DNA of 64,000 nucleotides from an uncultured Kiritimatiellota bacterium (GTDB lineage Bacteria; Verrucomicrobiota; Kiritimatiellia; RFP12; UBA1067): NCBI GenBank assembly GCA_934635385.1, contig CAKTZI010000002.1, positions 71,772 to 135,771 of the forward strand, read 5' to 3'. Shown piece by piece: positions 26,184 to 34,740 of this stretch (position 1 is its first letter; each line of letters starts with the position of its first letter). The notes under the pieces were generated by a model. It saw only the letters and a program-made list of their open reading frames with translations, ran no database searches and was not told where the DNA came from. The position numbers and the translations under genes were made by a program.

Positions 26184-27384
26184 ACGCAGTGCCTTGGCGG
26201 GCTTCGGTCATCGTCTGGCCGAAGCGGGCGCGGAAGGCCGCCGCGAGGTGCGAGGCGCTGAGCTGCCCGGCGCGGCGGGTGATTTCCGCGAAGGTCAGGT
26301 CGGTCGTCTCGACGAGCCGCCGCACGTTGGTGAGGCAGGTGTCCCTGACGACCGCGCCGACGGATCGCCCGAGGGCCGCGTGGAAGCGCCGTTCGAGCGT
26401 CTTGAGCGTGACGTGCGCGTCTTCCGCGAGTTCGGCGGCGCGGAGCGAGAAGCCGTCCGCCGCGCGGATGCGCTCCAGGACGGCGATGACGAGCGCGTCG
26501 TCCGTCTGCATCTGAAGGGTCGAGGCGCGCGTGACGACCTTGACGGGCGGGTAGGTGAGCCGACGGCGGGACACGCGCCGCCCGGACATCAGGGCGTCCA
26601 GCGCGGCGGCGGCGCGGGAACCGGCGTTGCGCGCGTCGAGGCGGATGGAGGACAGGGGCGGCAGACAGGTCTCGCAGAGCGTGTCGTCGTCGTTGACGGC
26701 GAGCACGGCGGCGGCGTACGGCACGGAGATCCCGGCGGTCTGGCAGGCGTCGACGACTTGGCGTCCGCGCGCATCGTGCGGCGCAAAGATCGCGACGGGC
26801 TTCGGCAGGGACTGGAGCCAGCGCACGACGGTTGACCGTTCGGAATGCCAGCTTTCCGCCGCGCGGCGGTTCGATGGCCGGGGGCAGGTCGACAGCGCGA
26901 AGCCGGCTTCGGCGAGGCGTTCGGCAAACCCTTCGCGGCGGAGCCTTGACCAGTTCGGCGACGCCGCGTCTTCGGCCGCGTAGCGCATCTGCGGGTTGGA
27001 CGAGCGGACGGCCGGGACGAACGCGAAGTTCCTGAAGCCGCGCGCGAGAAAGTAGTCGGCCGCCAGACGCCCGACGGCGATGTGGTCGTTCTCCACGCGG
27101 ACGCAGCCGGCGAGCGGCTGGCCGGGCGCGACGAAGGCATCGAGGGGGTCAAAGAGCACCTTGGGCGCCGGGTGGGCCGCGAGCCGGGCGGCCTCGTGCG
27201 CATCGGGGACGCGCGCGATGATACCGTCGCCTTCCCAGTCGCGCGGCAGCTTCTGGTCGCCGATGCCGCCGGGCGTGAAGTCGAGCTGCCAGGGCTCGTG
27301 ATCCCGGCAATAGCCGATGATGCCCGCGAGGATCTCCCGCGAGACCTCCAGCGACGACTCCATCAGCAGGGCGACTCGTTTCAT
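26125..27384 (-). CDS. XylR-like transcriptional regulator (periplasmic-binding-like sugar-sensor domain plus AraC-type HTH)
   Basis: MKRVALLMESSLEVSREILAGIIGYCRDHEPWQL...; C-terminal AraC HTH ...TFAEITRRAGQLSASHLAAAFRARFGQTMTEARQ. The -10 tggtataat sits directly upstream on the minus strand (alternative start MSAMK at 27393). Confidence 0.75.
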   Translation of the reverse strand: MKRVALLMESSLEVSREILAGIIGYCRDHEPWQLDFTPGGIGDQKLPRDWEGDGIIARVPDAHEAARLAAHPAPKVLFDPLDAFVAPGQPLAGCVRVENDHIAVGRLAADYFLARGFRNFAFVPAVRSSNPQMRYAAEDAASPNWSRLRREGFAERLAEAGFALSTCPRPSNRRAAESWHSERSTVVRWLQSLPKPVAIFAPHDARGRQVVDACQTAGISVPYAAAVLAVNDDDTLCETCLPPLSSIRLDARNAGSRAAAALDALMSGRRVSRRRLTYPPVKVVTRASTLQMQTDDALVIAVLERIRAADGFSLRAAELAEDAHVTLKTLERRFHAALGRSVGAVVRDTCLTNVRRLVETTDLTFAEITRRAGQLSASHLAAAFRARFGQTMTEARQGTASTSRRNRDPRLPFSRRSSP

Positions 27385-27569
27385 GGCGGACATTATACCA
27401 AACGTTCCGCAGAATCCGCGTGACAGGGAATGATGTCTCGAAAAAGATAGTCGATTCCTTTTTTCGGATATTGCGGGTCTGCACGTCCTTATGGTAAACT
27501 TCCAGTCATTGAAAATGCGGGTTTGCCTCTCGCACGAATCGCACGCACAACATAAGGAGTACACGAGCC

Positions 27570-30500
27570 ATGAAATGTCTGTTGTTTTCCGTTGCCTTGG
27601 CACAGGGCCTGACGGTTGCCGCATCCGTTCCGTCCGTTGTCCCCGCCGGGGACATCGCGACCGTGACCAACGGCGCATCGCTTGCGCAGACGACGCTGGT
27701 TGAAGGCGAACTGCGCGTGGTGCCAGGTGAATCGGAAATGGCGCTCCCGCTCGCGCAGCTGGACGGGCGCGGCGCGGTTGTCGTGCCGTCCGGCGAGGTG
27801 GCCCTTCAGGGGGGGGGGGGGGGGGGGTATGTGCCCTTGATTCCGAGCAACGTGCTTACGAAGGCCGCGCTCTGGGCGGATGCCTCGGTCGCTGACACCG
27901 TGCAGTTCGTGGAGAGCTCGACGGTGCAGGTTCGGCAGTGGCTTGACTGCCGCGAGCCGGACGTGACGCTCACGGGTGAGGCGGACGCCTACGCCTATAC
28001 GCGGCTCGTCGCCTACACGAACGTGTCGCAGCACGCCTCCGAAGACGTCGCGACATGGTTCCCGACGTATGTCGCGGCGGCGGACGGCGCGAACGCCTAC
28101 CTCGACTTCGGCGGCTTTGGCAGCGGGCAGAACCTGCGGTGCCTTGACAAGAGCGGCCAGGAGACGCGCGTTTGGAACGTCAGGTGGGCCTTCGCCGTCT
28201 ATGGCACGGAGGACTACAAGTGGGGTTTTCTGTTCAGCGAGAAGGGATCGTCCTTTGTGCCGGGAAGCTATAGCCAGAAAGGCTTCAGCGAGACAAGGTA
28301 TTATGCGCACCTGAACGACTCGGACAACACGAAGCGCATCCAGACAGGGCGGTTCCGCTGTGACCGGGAGATCGTCAATCCGCTGACGACTTCTTTGACG
28401 GAGGGCTTTCACCTCATCGACTTTCCGATCCCGATGGGCGATTTCCACGTCGAGGGCGTGTTCGACAACTTGGGCAACGCGGGCCGTCAGGGCGGCGGTC
28501 GTCTCTGCGAGATCGTGCTTTTCTCCGTCGAACTTTCCGAGGCGGAGCGCGTGGCGGTCGAGAACTACCTCTACCGCAAGTGGGTGGACAAGATGTCGGA
28601 AGTCAACCTGACGGTTGGCGCGGCGGCGACGGTGCGTCTGAATGGCGAGTCGGGCGTGCGCCTGAACGTCACGGGCGCCGGCAGTCTCGTCAAGACGGGC
28701 GACGGCACGTTGACGGGGGGCGCGTTGGACGGGCAGGAGGCGACGACGCCCCAGCACATCCGCCTGGAGTCCGGGGCGATCGATTCGTCGCGCGCGGTTG
28801 CGCTCGTCGCGGCGGCGGCGGCGAATTACGAGACGGCGACCGGCAAGGTGGCGCGCACGTCCGCGACGGCGGACGGAACGCTCACGAAGACGGGCGACGA
28901 GGATCTGCGCATCGCGTCGCTGGCGGACGACGTGCAGGCGATTGACGTCCAGTCGGGCGTCTTGCGCCTGGTGCCGTCGGAGGCGGGCGACTTGCCGGCG
29001 AATCTCGTCGGCGCGATCGAGGACCCGTCCTTCGAGGCGTTTGCCGAGCAGAACATCAACTCGGCCAGCTACATCGGAAAGGAGTTGGACACGGCAAGCG
29101 CCCTGCACGGCTGGAAGGGGACGGGCGTCGGGACGCAGAAACCCTATGTCGTCAAGTGGAATGAGGACGGCGGGTATTTCAACGAGAAGGGCGTGCCGTT
29201 CCCGGACGGCGACCATGCGATGGTCCTGCACATCGACGCCGGCTGCCAGACGACGGTGACGCTCCCGTCGGCGGGCGTCTACCGCCTGTCCCTCTGGGCG
29301 GCGGCTCGGCCCGACAGCAACGGCGCTTATCGGCGCGGCGAGTTCCGCGTGTCCGTGGACGGCATCCCCGTCGCGCAGGTCCAGCTGGCCACGACGGCTT
29401 ATCGGAAGTACGCCTTTCGTCTGCCGTATCTCGCGGCGGGTGCGCATACGCTCGTCTTCCAGGCCGACAGCCAGAACAACAAGAACAACAGCGGGCTGAG
29501 TTCAAACCTCGTCTGCATGTTCGACAACGTGCAGGTTGACTGGCTCGCGTCGGACGATCCGGGGGCAACGGTCGCGAACGGCGGCTTCGAGCTGAACGGC
29601 TTCCAGTTCAAGTCGCTGGTCGCGACGAACGCGGTCGAGAGCTGGACGGTCTCGGCAACGGGCGACGCGAGCGGCGTATATCTCGTCTCGGCGGACAGTC
29701 CGGCCCTGGCGCTGGGCGCGAGCGCGTCCGTCAAAGTCCCTGAAATCCCCGAAGGCGGCCGCGCGCTCGTCCTTTCCGGCACGCCGAAGCTGACGGGCAC
29801 GGCGACCTTCACGCAGACCGGAACCTACAGCCTCACGTTCGCGCTGGGCGGCTTGTGGGAGAAGGGCAAGATCACGTTGTTGCCGACGCTCGGCTTCACG
29901 TTGGGCTCGCTGCTGGACGCCACGGCGACGGTTTCGCTGTCGTCGCGGTATCCGCAGACTTTTGCGCTGGGGCCGATCGCCGTGACGGAAGACGACCTGA
30001 ACAAGGCGCAGACGCTGGAGATCGCGGGCCTCACGGCGGGTGCTGTCGCGTTTCTCGATGACGTGCGCCTTGTGCGGACGACACGCGTCGTCAACAGCTT
30101 CGCGTCGGACGGCTGGACGAAGGTCCAGCCGGCATCGGACATCCATGACGGCAGCGGCGTCGTCCTCTGGATGACCAAGGACGACATCTCCTGGGGCTCG
30201 GTGCGCTACGACGACGCCTGCCGCGTCGGCATCCGCAATCGCGGGGCCATCCATCGCACGGAGCGTCTGACGGCCGGGGCTTACCGGCTCACGGTGGCGA
30301 GCCTCGGACGGTTCTTCCGCTACAACGACCAGCCCGAAGATCTCGCCCAGTGCTACAGCGACAATCGCTTCGAGGCGTGGTTCGGCACGACGGACGGTGC
30401 AGTCACGAACGTCATCGGGCAGTTCGGCGTCACGCATGCCGAGCGCTGGCAGCAGCACTCCTTCTACTTCACGGTGCCGGAAGACGGCGACTGGCTGATC

Positions 30501-30818
30501 GGCTTCCGGGGGCTTCGCGAGTCCGACACGTCCTTTGACGGTCTGCATGTCTGGAGTCATGGCGGTCTGCTGGACGGCCTTGTCATCGAGCCGGCGGAGA
30601 TCGCCGCGCCGACGCCGTTGCGCGCCGACCTGGCGATCCGCGTGGCGAAGGGTGCGCAGCTGGCGCTCGACGCGCCCGTGACGAATACGATTTCGGAAGT
30701 GCGCCTTGGCGGTCGCCGCCGGAGCGGGTTCATCACGGCGGAACGTTTCCCCGAATTCGTCACGGGGCCGGGTGCGTTGGAGGTTCCGCGACGCGGCGCA
30801 ATCGTCATCCTTCGCTAA
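27570..30818 (+). CDS. large secreted surface protein with LamG/ConA-like and autotransporter-associated beta-strand (PATR) repeats
   Basis: Signal peptide MKCLLFSVALAQGLTVAAS. LamG-like block ...RLCEIVLFSVELSEAERVAVENYLYRKW. Repeated ...SLVKTGDGTLTGGALDG... and ...TLTKTGDEDLRIASLADDVQAIDVQSGVLRL... PATR-like units. SD aaggag. Confidence 0.7.
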   Translation: MKCLLFSVALAQGLTVAASVPSVVPAGDIATVTNGASLAQTTLVEGELRVVPGESEMALPLAQLDGRGAVVVPSGEVALQGGGGGGYVPLIPSNVLTKAALWADASVADTVQFVESSTVQVRQWLDCREPDVTLTGEADAYAYTRLVAYTNVSQHASEDVATWFPTYVAAADGANAYLDFGGFGSGQNLRCLDKSGQETRVWNVRWAFAVYGTEDYKWGFLFSEKGSSFVPGSYSQKGFSETRYYAHLNDSDNTKRIQTGRFRCDREIVNPLTTSLTEGFHLIDFPIPMGDFHVEGVFDNLGNAGRQGGGRLCEIVLFSVELSEAERVAVENYLYRKWVDKMSEVNLTVGAAATVRLNGESGVRLNVTGAGSLVKTGDGTLTGGALDGQEATTPQHIRLESGAIDSSRAVALVAAAAANYETATGKVARTSATADGTLTKTGDEDLRIASLADDVQAIDVQSGVLRLVPSEAGDLPANLVGAIEDPSFEAFAEQNINSASYIGKELDTASALHGWKGTGVGTQKPYVVKWNEDGGYFNEKGVPFPDGDHAMVLHIDAGCQTTVTLPSAGVYRLSLWAAARPDSNGAYRRGEFRVSVDGIPVAQVQLATTAYRKYAFRLPYLAAGAHTLVFQADSQNNKNNSGLSSNLVCMFDNVQVDWLASDDPGATVANGGFELNGFQFKSLVATNAVESWTVSATGDASGVYLVSADSPALALGASASVKVPEIPEGGRALVLSGTPKLTGTATFTQTGTYSLTFALGGLWEKGKITLLPTLGFTLGSLLDATATVSLSSRYPQTFALGPIAVTEDDLNKAQTLEIAGLTAGAVAFLDDVRLVRTTRVVNSFASDGWTKVQPASDIHDGSGVVLWMTKDDISWGSVRYDDACRVGIRNRGAIHRTERLTAGAYRLTVASLGRFFRYNDQPEDLAQCYSDNRFEAWFGTTDGAVTNVIGQFGVTHAERWQQHSFYFTVPEDGDWLIGFRGLRESDTSFDGLHVWSHGGLLDGLVIEPAEIAAPTPLRADLAIRVAKGAQLALDAPVTNTISEVRLGGRRRSGFITAERFPEFVTGPGALEVPRRGAIVILR
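27809..27827. repeat. G19 homopolymer inside the PATR surface-protein CDS
   Basis: cagg + 19 G + tat, encoding QGGGGGGY; read directly. Confidence 0.95.
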
Positions 30819-30825
30819 TATGGCC

Positions 30826-30925
30826 TGCGGCGCTGAACACGGAGCTCATGGAGAGCGGGAGACACGGAGACTTCTTCGTTCTCCGTTTCTCCGAGTCTCC
30901 GTGTTCAGCGAAAGCAACAACACAG
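30826..30925 (+). promoter_or_regulatory. conserved nested-hairpin leader element, copy 1 (upstream of the 30942 gene)
   Basis: Outer stem gctgaacacggag (30832-44) pairs with ctccgtgttcagc (30897-909). Inner stem ggagacacggag (30858-69) pairs with ctccgtttctcc (30881-92). Ends gcgaaagcaacaaca. A second copy lies at 34601-34725. Confidence 0.5.
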
Positions 30926-30941
30926 TTCAAAAGATAGAGTC

Positions 30942-33776
30942 ATGAAAAGTCATCTGTTTTGTAGTCTTATGATTGGCGCGCTGCTTCTGTCCGGGACGTG
31001 TCTCGGGGCCGACCTGACGTTTTACCTGCCGTTCGACGGCTCGCCGCGTGCGGCGTTCGCGAAAGGCCGCCCCGAACCGCTGCAGGCGAAGGGACTCGCC
31101 TACGATGCGGGCGTTGCGGGCGAAGCCGTGCGGCTCACGGCCCCGGCCAAGGCGACGCTGGCGTATGCGTTGGCGGAGAACGTGTCGCCGACGCGCGGCG
31201 CAGTTTCGCTGTGGGTGAAGCGCAAGTCCGACGACCCCGACAAGTGGCGGCGGATGTTCTCGTTCCCCGAGCCGTGTCGCAATTTCGGCAGCGGGGCCCT
31301 GTCCCTCTGGTGGTATGCGGGCGTCGCGCGCGTCGATCTTACGGACGTCGCCCACACGTGGAATGCCTACGGCGGCACGCCGCGCGCCGACGGACACTGG
31401 GAGCATCTCGTCTTCTGCTGGGATCAGGCGACGGCGACCGCCGAGCTCTACTACAACGGCGTGCTGCATTCGCGCAAGGCGGACGGCACGGGGCCGATGG
31501 CCGCCGCGCTCAAGGCGGCGCGGGACGAGAAGAAGCGCGCGGAGGCGGCGTCCGCCGTCCTGCCGACGACGTTCGACCGCTTCTTCATCGGTTGCCTCGG
31601 TCGCGGACAGCAGATGGAAGGACTGATCGACGAGGTGCGCCTCTTCGACGACCGCCTCACGGCGGACGAGGTGCGCGCGCTCTTCGCCGAACACGCCGAC
31701 CGCGCGGCGTCGAAGCCGCGTCCGCCGGACTACGCGCAGCTCTTCGGGCCGGCGAAGCCGAACCCGTATGCGAAGGACGGCGGCGAGCTCGACCTGGAGC
31801 CGGTGGCGGAATACGCGTTCGACGCCGCGACGGTCGAACGGGCGTGTGCGGCGAAGGGCTTCCGCGCCGTGGGCGCGCTTCGGTTTGGCGAACTCGACGG
31901 CGTGCCGTATCTGGAGGCCGGGACGAACCGGGACGACCGGTTCGCCTTCGACTTCACGATCGACTCGTCGTTCCCGCTCTACGTCCTCGACTTCGACTAC
32001 CCGGACGACGCGAAGCGCACGTGTGACCTGATCGTGCAGGAACGCGCGGCCTTTCCCGGCGACTACACGCTGCAGGTCGGCTACTTCACCGGCGACGAGT
32101 ACCGCAACACGGGCAAGACGCTCACGCACCGCTGCCTCTATTGGACGCGGAAAGGCGGTGACAGCCTTTCGGTCGTCGCGCTCACGGCGCGTGCGGGCGT
32201 GCCGGCGGCGCTCTCGCGCCTGCGGGTCTACCGCGTGAAGGACGCCCGTCTGCCGTCGCTCGCCGTGCGCGAGCCGCCGGCGGCGGACGGCTGGCGGCGT
32301 GTCGTCGGGCAGTATTGGGAAGACCCGGCGATCGGCTTCGACTTCGGCCTGAAGGACGCACACGGCCTTGCGAACATCGGCGAGCTGATCGACCGCACGG
32401 TCGCCTACATGAAGTTCTGCGGCGAGAACCTGTTCTGCTATCCCGGCGTCTGGTATCAGGGCGTCATCGGCGACGACTACCAGCCGCGACGGCACGCGCC
32501 CGACTTCCTGAACGCCTGGTACGAGAAGTTCGACCGCGAGGGCCTTTACTTCGTGCCGAACGTGAACCCCAACAACATCCCGGTGAAAGACGGGCTCGTC
32601 ACGGTCGCGTCGATGGAAGACGGCTCGCTTCATCCGACGCCGATCGCCATCCATTCAACCGGCAAGCCGAACCGGGGCGGGTGGCACAACTCGCCGCCGA
32701 ACTTCTGCTTCCTGCATCCCGACGTCCAGCGGGCGATCGAGGGCTTCGTCGACGGACTCGTCGAACAGGGCGTCCGTCATCCGAGCTTCAAGGGCGTCTG
32801 CCTGCACCTGACGATGCATTGCCTGCTCTGGTGGGGCGACCTCCGCAGCGGCTACAACGACTACGTGATCGACGCCTTCGAACGCGACACGGGCATTCGC
32901 GTGCCGCGCGCGTCCGGCCCGCTGCGCGGCAAGGAACACGCGGACTGGATTCTCGCGAACTGCCGTGACCGCTGGGTGCAGTGGCGGTGCGACCGGGTGA
33001 CGCGGCTCTACGTGCGCCTCGCGGCGAAGCTGCGCGCCCGGCGGCCCGACCTCAAGCTCTGGCTCAACAGCTTCATCCAGCCAGACATGAGGTGGCCGGA
33101 CTTCATGGAAGACGGCTTCATGCGCCGTCAGGCGCGGGAGGCGGGGCTCGACCGCACGGCGTTCGCCGCCGTGCCGAACGTCATCTTCTGCCAGACGACG
33201 TTGCCGGCGTTCTGCCGCAAGCGCGAGCGGCGGCTCTTCCCGTCCGATGCGGCGTATGCCTATAACCGCGTCCTGCAAACGAAACCGGGCTTCTTCGACC
33301 TCCTGAAGGACGCGCGCTTCCCGCTCGTGCAGAACTTCGACCTCTACTGGGAGAATCCCGTCGGCCGCAACAGGAGCGCGCTGAACGTCGATGGCTTCGT
33401 CGAGACGGGGTGGCGCGTGACGACGCTCAACCCGTCCGGCTTCCATGCGTTGCGCGACCTCGTGCTGCCGCTGCGCTTCGGGGATGTCCTCGGCGTCACG
33501 AAGGGCGGCTACCTGATCGGCACCTACGGCATGGAAGGGCCGCTCCGGCAGTTCGCGGCGGCGTTCCGCCAGCTGCCGGCGGTCGTGATGGCGGACGTCC
33601 CCGACTTCGCGGACGAGACGGTCAAGATCCGCGCCTGCACGTTCCGAGGTCGGCGCTACCTCTACGTCGTGAACACGTCCGACACGCCGCGCACGGTGCG
33701 CTACCGCTTCCCGGACGGTTCGGCGCAGCTGACGCTCGCGCCTTACGAGCTGAGGAGCTTCGCGTCCGCCGAATGA
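30942..33776 (+). CDS. secreted LamG-domain protein, probable carbohydrate-active enzyme of unknown family
   Basis: Signal peptide; N-terminal LamG/ConA-like region ending ...FFIGCLGRGQQMEGLIDEVRLFDDRLTADEVRALF; about 600-aa C-terminal domain of unknown family. Confidence 0.55.
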   Translation: MKSHLFCSLMIGALLLSGTCLGADLTFYLPFDGSPRAAFAKGRPEPLQAKGLAYDAGVAGEAVRLTAPAKATLAYALAENVSPTRGAVSLWVKRKSDDPDKWRRMFSFPEPCRNFGSGALSLWWYAGVARVDLTDVAHTWNAYGGTPRADGHWEHLVFCWDQATATAELYYNGVLHSRKADGTGPMAAALKAARDEKKRAEAASAVLPTTFDRFFIGCLGRGQQMEGLIDEVRLFDDRLTADEVRALFAEHADRAASKPRPPDYAQLFGPAKPNPYAKDGGELDLEPVAEYAFDAATVERACAAKGFRAVGALRFGELDGVPYLEAGTNRDDRFAFDFTIDSSFPLYVLDFDYPDDAKRTCDLIVQERAAFPGDYTLQVGYFTGDEYRNTGKTLTHRCLYWTRKGGDSLSVVALTARAGVPAALSRLRVYRVKDARLPSLAVREPPAADGWRRVVGQYWEDPAIGFDFGLKDAHGLANIGELIDRTVAYMKFCGENLFCYPGVWYQGVIGDDYQPRRHAPDFLNAWYEKFDREGLYFVPNVNPNNIPVKDGLVTVASMEDGSLHPTPIAIHSTGKPNRGGWHNSPPNFCFLHPDVQRAIEGFVDGLVEQGVRHPSFKGVCLHLTMHCLLWWGDLRSGYNDYVIDAFERDTGIRVPRASGPLRGKEHADWILANCRDRWVQWRCDRVTRLYVRLAAKLRARRPDLKLWLNSFIQPDMRWPDFMEDGFMRRQAREAGLDRTAFAAVPNVIFCQTTLPAFCRKRERRLFPSDAAYAYNRVLQTKPGFFDLLKDARFPLVQNFDLYWENPVGRNRSALNVDGFVETGWRVTTLNPSGFHALRDLVLPLRFGDVLGVTKGGYLIGTYGMEGPLRQFAAAFRQLPAVVMADVPDFADETVKIRACTFRGRRYLYVVNTSDTPRTVRYRFPDGSAQLTLAPYELRSFASAE

Positions 33777-34582
33777 GAGGCGGGGCGACAGTCCTTTTCG
33801 CTTTTGCGCTCGTCGCGTCCGCATACGGCGAAGCGACGGGGCGTCCCGTCGTCTTCGCCAAGAACGAGATCGAGACGGGGCACACGATGCTCGGCAAGAT
33901 CATCACGGTCGATCCGCGCTGGGTACTCGACGTCGGCGCGATTTGGCGGACGGAGCGCTTCGGCTATGGGCTCGTCGGCGTCTGGAACGCGACCGAGCTG
34001 ACGAGCCGCTACGACGCGACGCGGCGGCGGGCGTTCAACGAAATCGATCCACGCATCGGCTACGGCTACACGTGGACGTGGGCGGAGGGCTGGTCGCTCG
34101 ACACGCGCCTCGAATTCCAGCATTCGCAGATGCACTACGCCGACACGTCGAACGTCTTTCGCCAGTGGATCGGCACGGAGACGCTGACGACGCCGTGGAT
34201 CGACCTCTACGGTTTCGCGTGGGTCGTCACGTATCCGTATCAGGCGCCGGCCTACCGGGTCGGCGCGCTGAAGGACATCCCGGTTGGAGGGACGTTCTCC
34301 GTCGAGCCGCACGTCTACCTCGACCTGGGGCCGGAACGGTGGAATCGTCGCCGCTTCGGCGAATGGGCGGACGGGCCGTCACGCTATTCGGACGGGGCGA
34401 ACGCGATCAACTTCCACCTGCTCGGACATTGGCGCGTCAACGAGAACGTACGTCTGTACGCGGGCGTCCGCCACATCTCGTCCGTGTCGCACGAGGTGCG
34501 GCGGCAGCTGCGCGCGTGGGATTCGCCGAACGGCAAGCCGGACTTCACCTATTTTGTCGTTGGAGCGTATGTGGATTTCTGA
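33773..34582 (+). CDS. outer-membrane beta-barrel protein
   Basis: Signal peptide MRGGATVLFAFALVASAYG; alternating aromatic/Gly strands; C-terminal ...GAYVDF. Start overlaps the upstream stop (ATGA). Confidence 0.55.
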   Translation: MRGGATVLFAFALVASAYGEATGRPVVFAKNEIETGHTMLGKIITVDPRWVLDVGAIWRTERFGYGLVGVWNATELTSRYDATRRRAFNEIDPRIGYGYTWTWAEGWSLDTRLEFQHSQMHYADTSNVFRQWIGTETLTTPWIDLYGFAWVVTYPYQAPAYRVGALKDIPVGGTFSVEPHVYLDLGPERWNRRRFGEWADGPSRYSDGANAINFHLLGHWRVNENVRLYAGVRHISSVSHEVRRQLRAWDSPNGKPDFTYFVVGAYVDF

Positions 34583-34600
34583 CTATGATTGTGGATTGCA

Positions 34601-34725
34601 TATGCCTGCGGCGCTCAACGCGGAGAAGAGGGAGTCTCGGAGACACGGAGGCCGTTTTAAAACTCCGTGTCTCCCAATCTCCGCATCCTCCGTGTTGAGC
34701 GAAAGCAACAACAACAGAAACGCAT
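34601..34725 (+). promoter_or_regulatory. conserved nested-hairpin leader element, copy 2 (upstream of the 34741 gene)
   Basis: Outer stem gctcaacgcggag (34613-25) pairs with ctccgtgttgagc (34688-700), with one G.U-compatible change relative to copy 1. Inner stem ggagacacggag (34639-50) pairs with ctccgtgtctcc (34663-74). Ends gcgaaagcaacaaca. Confidence 0.5.
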
Positions 34726-34740
34726 AAGGAAAGCAAAACA

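Noticed and set aside
26194-26835. Plus-strand ORFs (25604-26515, 26194-26835) overlapping the XylR-like gene region
   Set aside because: The minus-strand frame encodes a coherent sugar-binding-domain plus AraC-HTH protein. The plus-strand frames are low-complexity shadows.
27489-29447. 652-aa ORF on the minus strand, and many other long Arg/Ala/Pro-rich ORFs in the 6-frame track (for example 9395-11515 -, 11533-12777 -, 34657-36582 -, 40441-42132 -, 24122-25201 -)
   Set aside because: They are antisense to well-supported genes in about 68% GC DNA. Their translations are Arg/Ala/Gly/Pro-rich with no motifs. This is the typical stop-poor shadow-frame profile of high-GC genomes.
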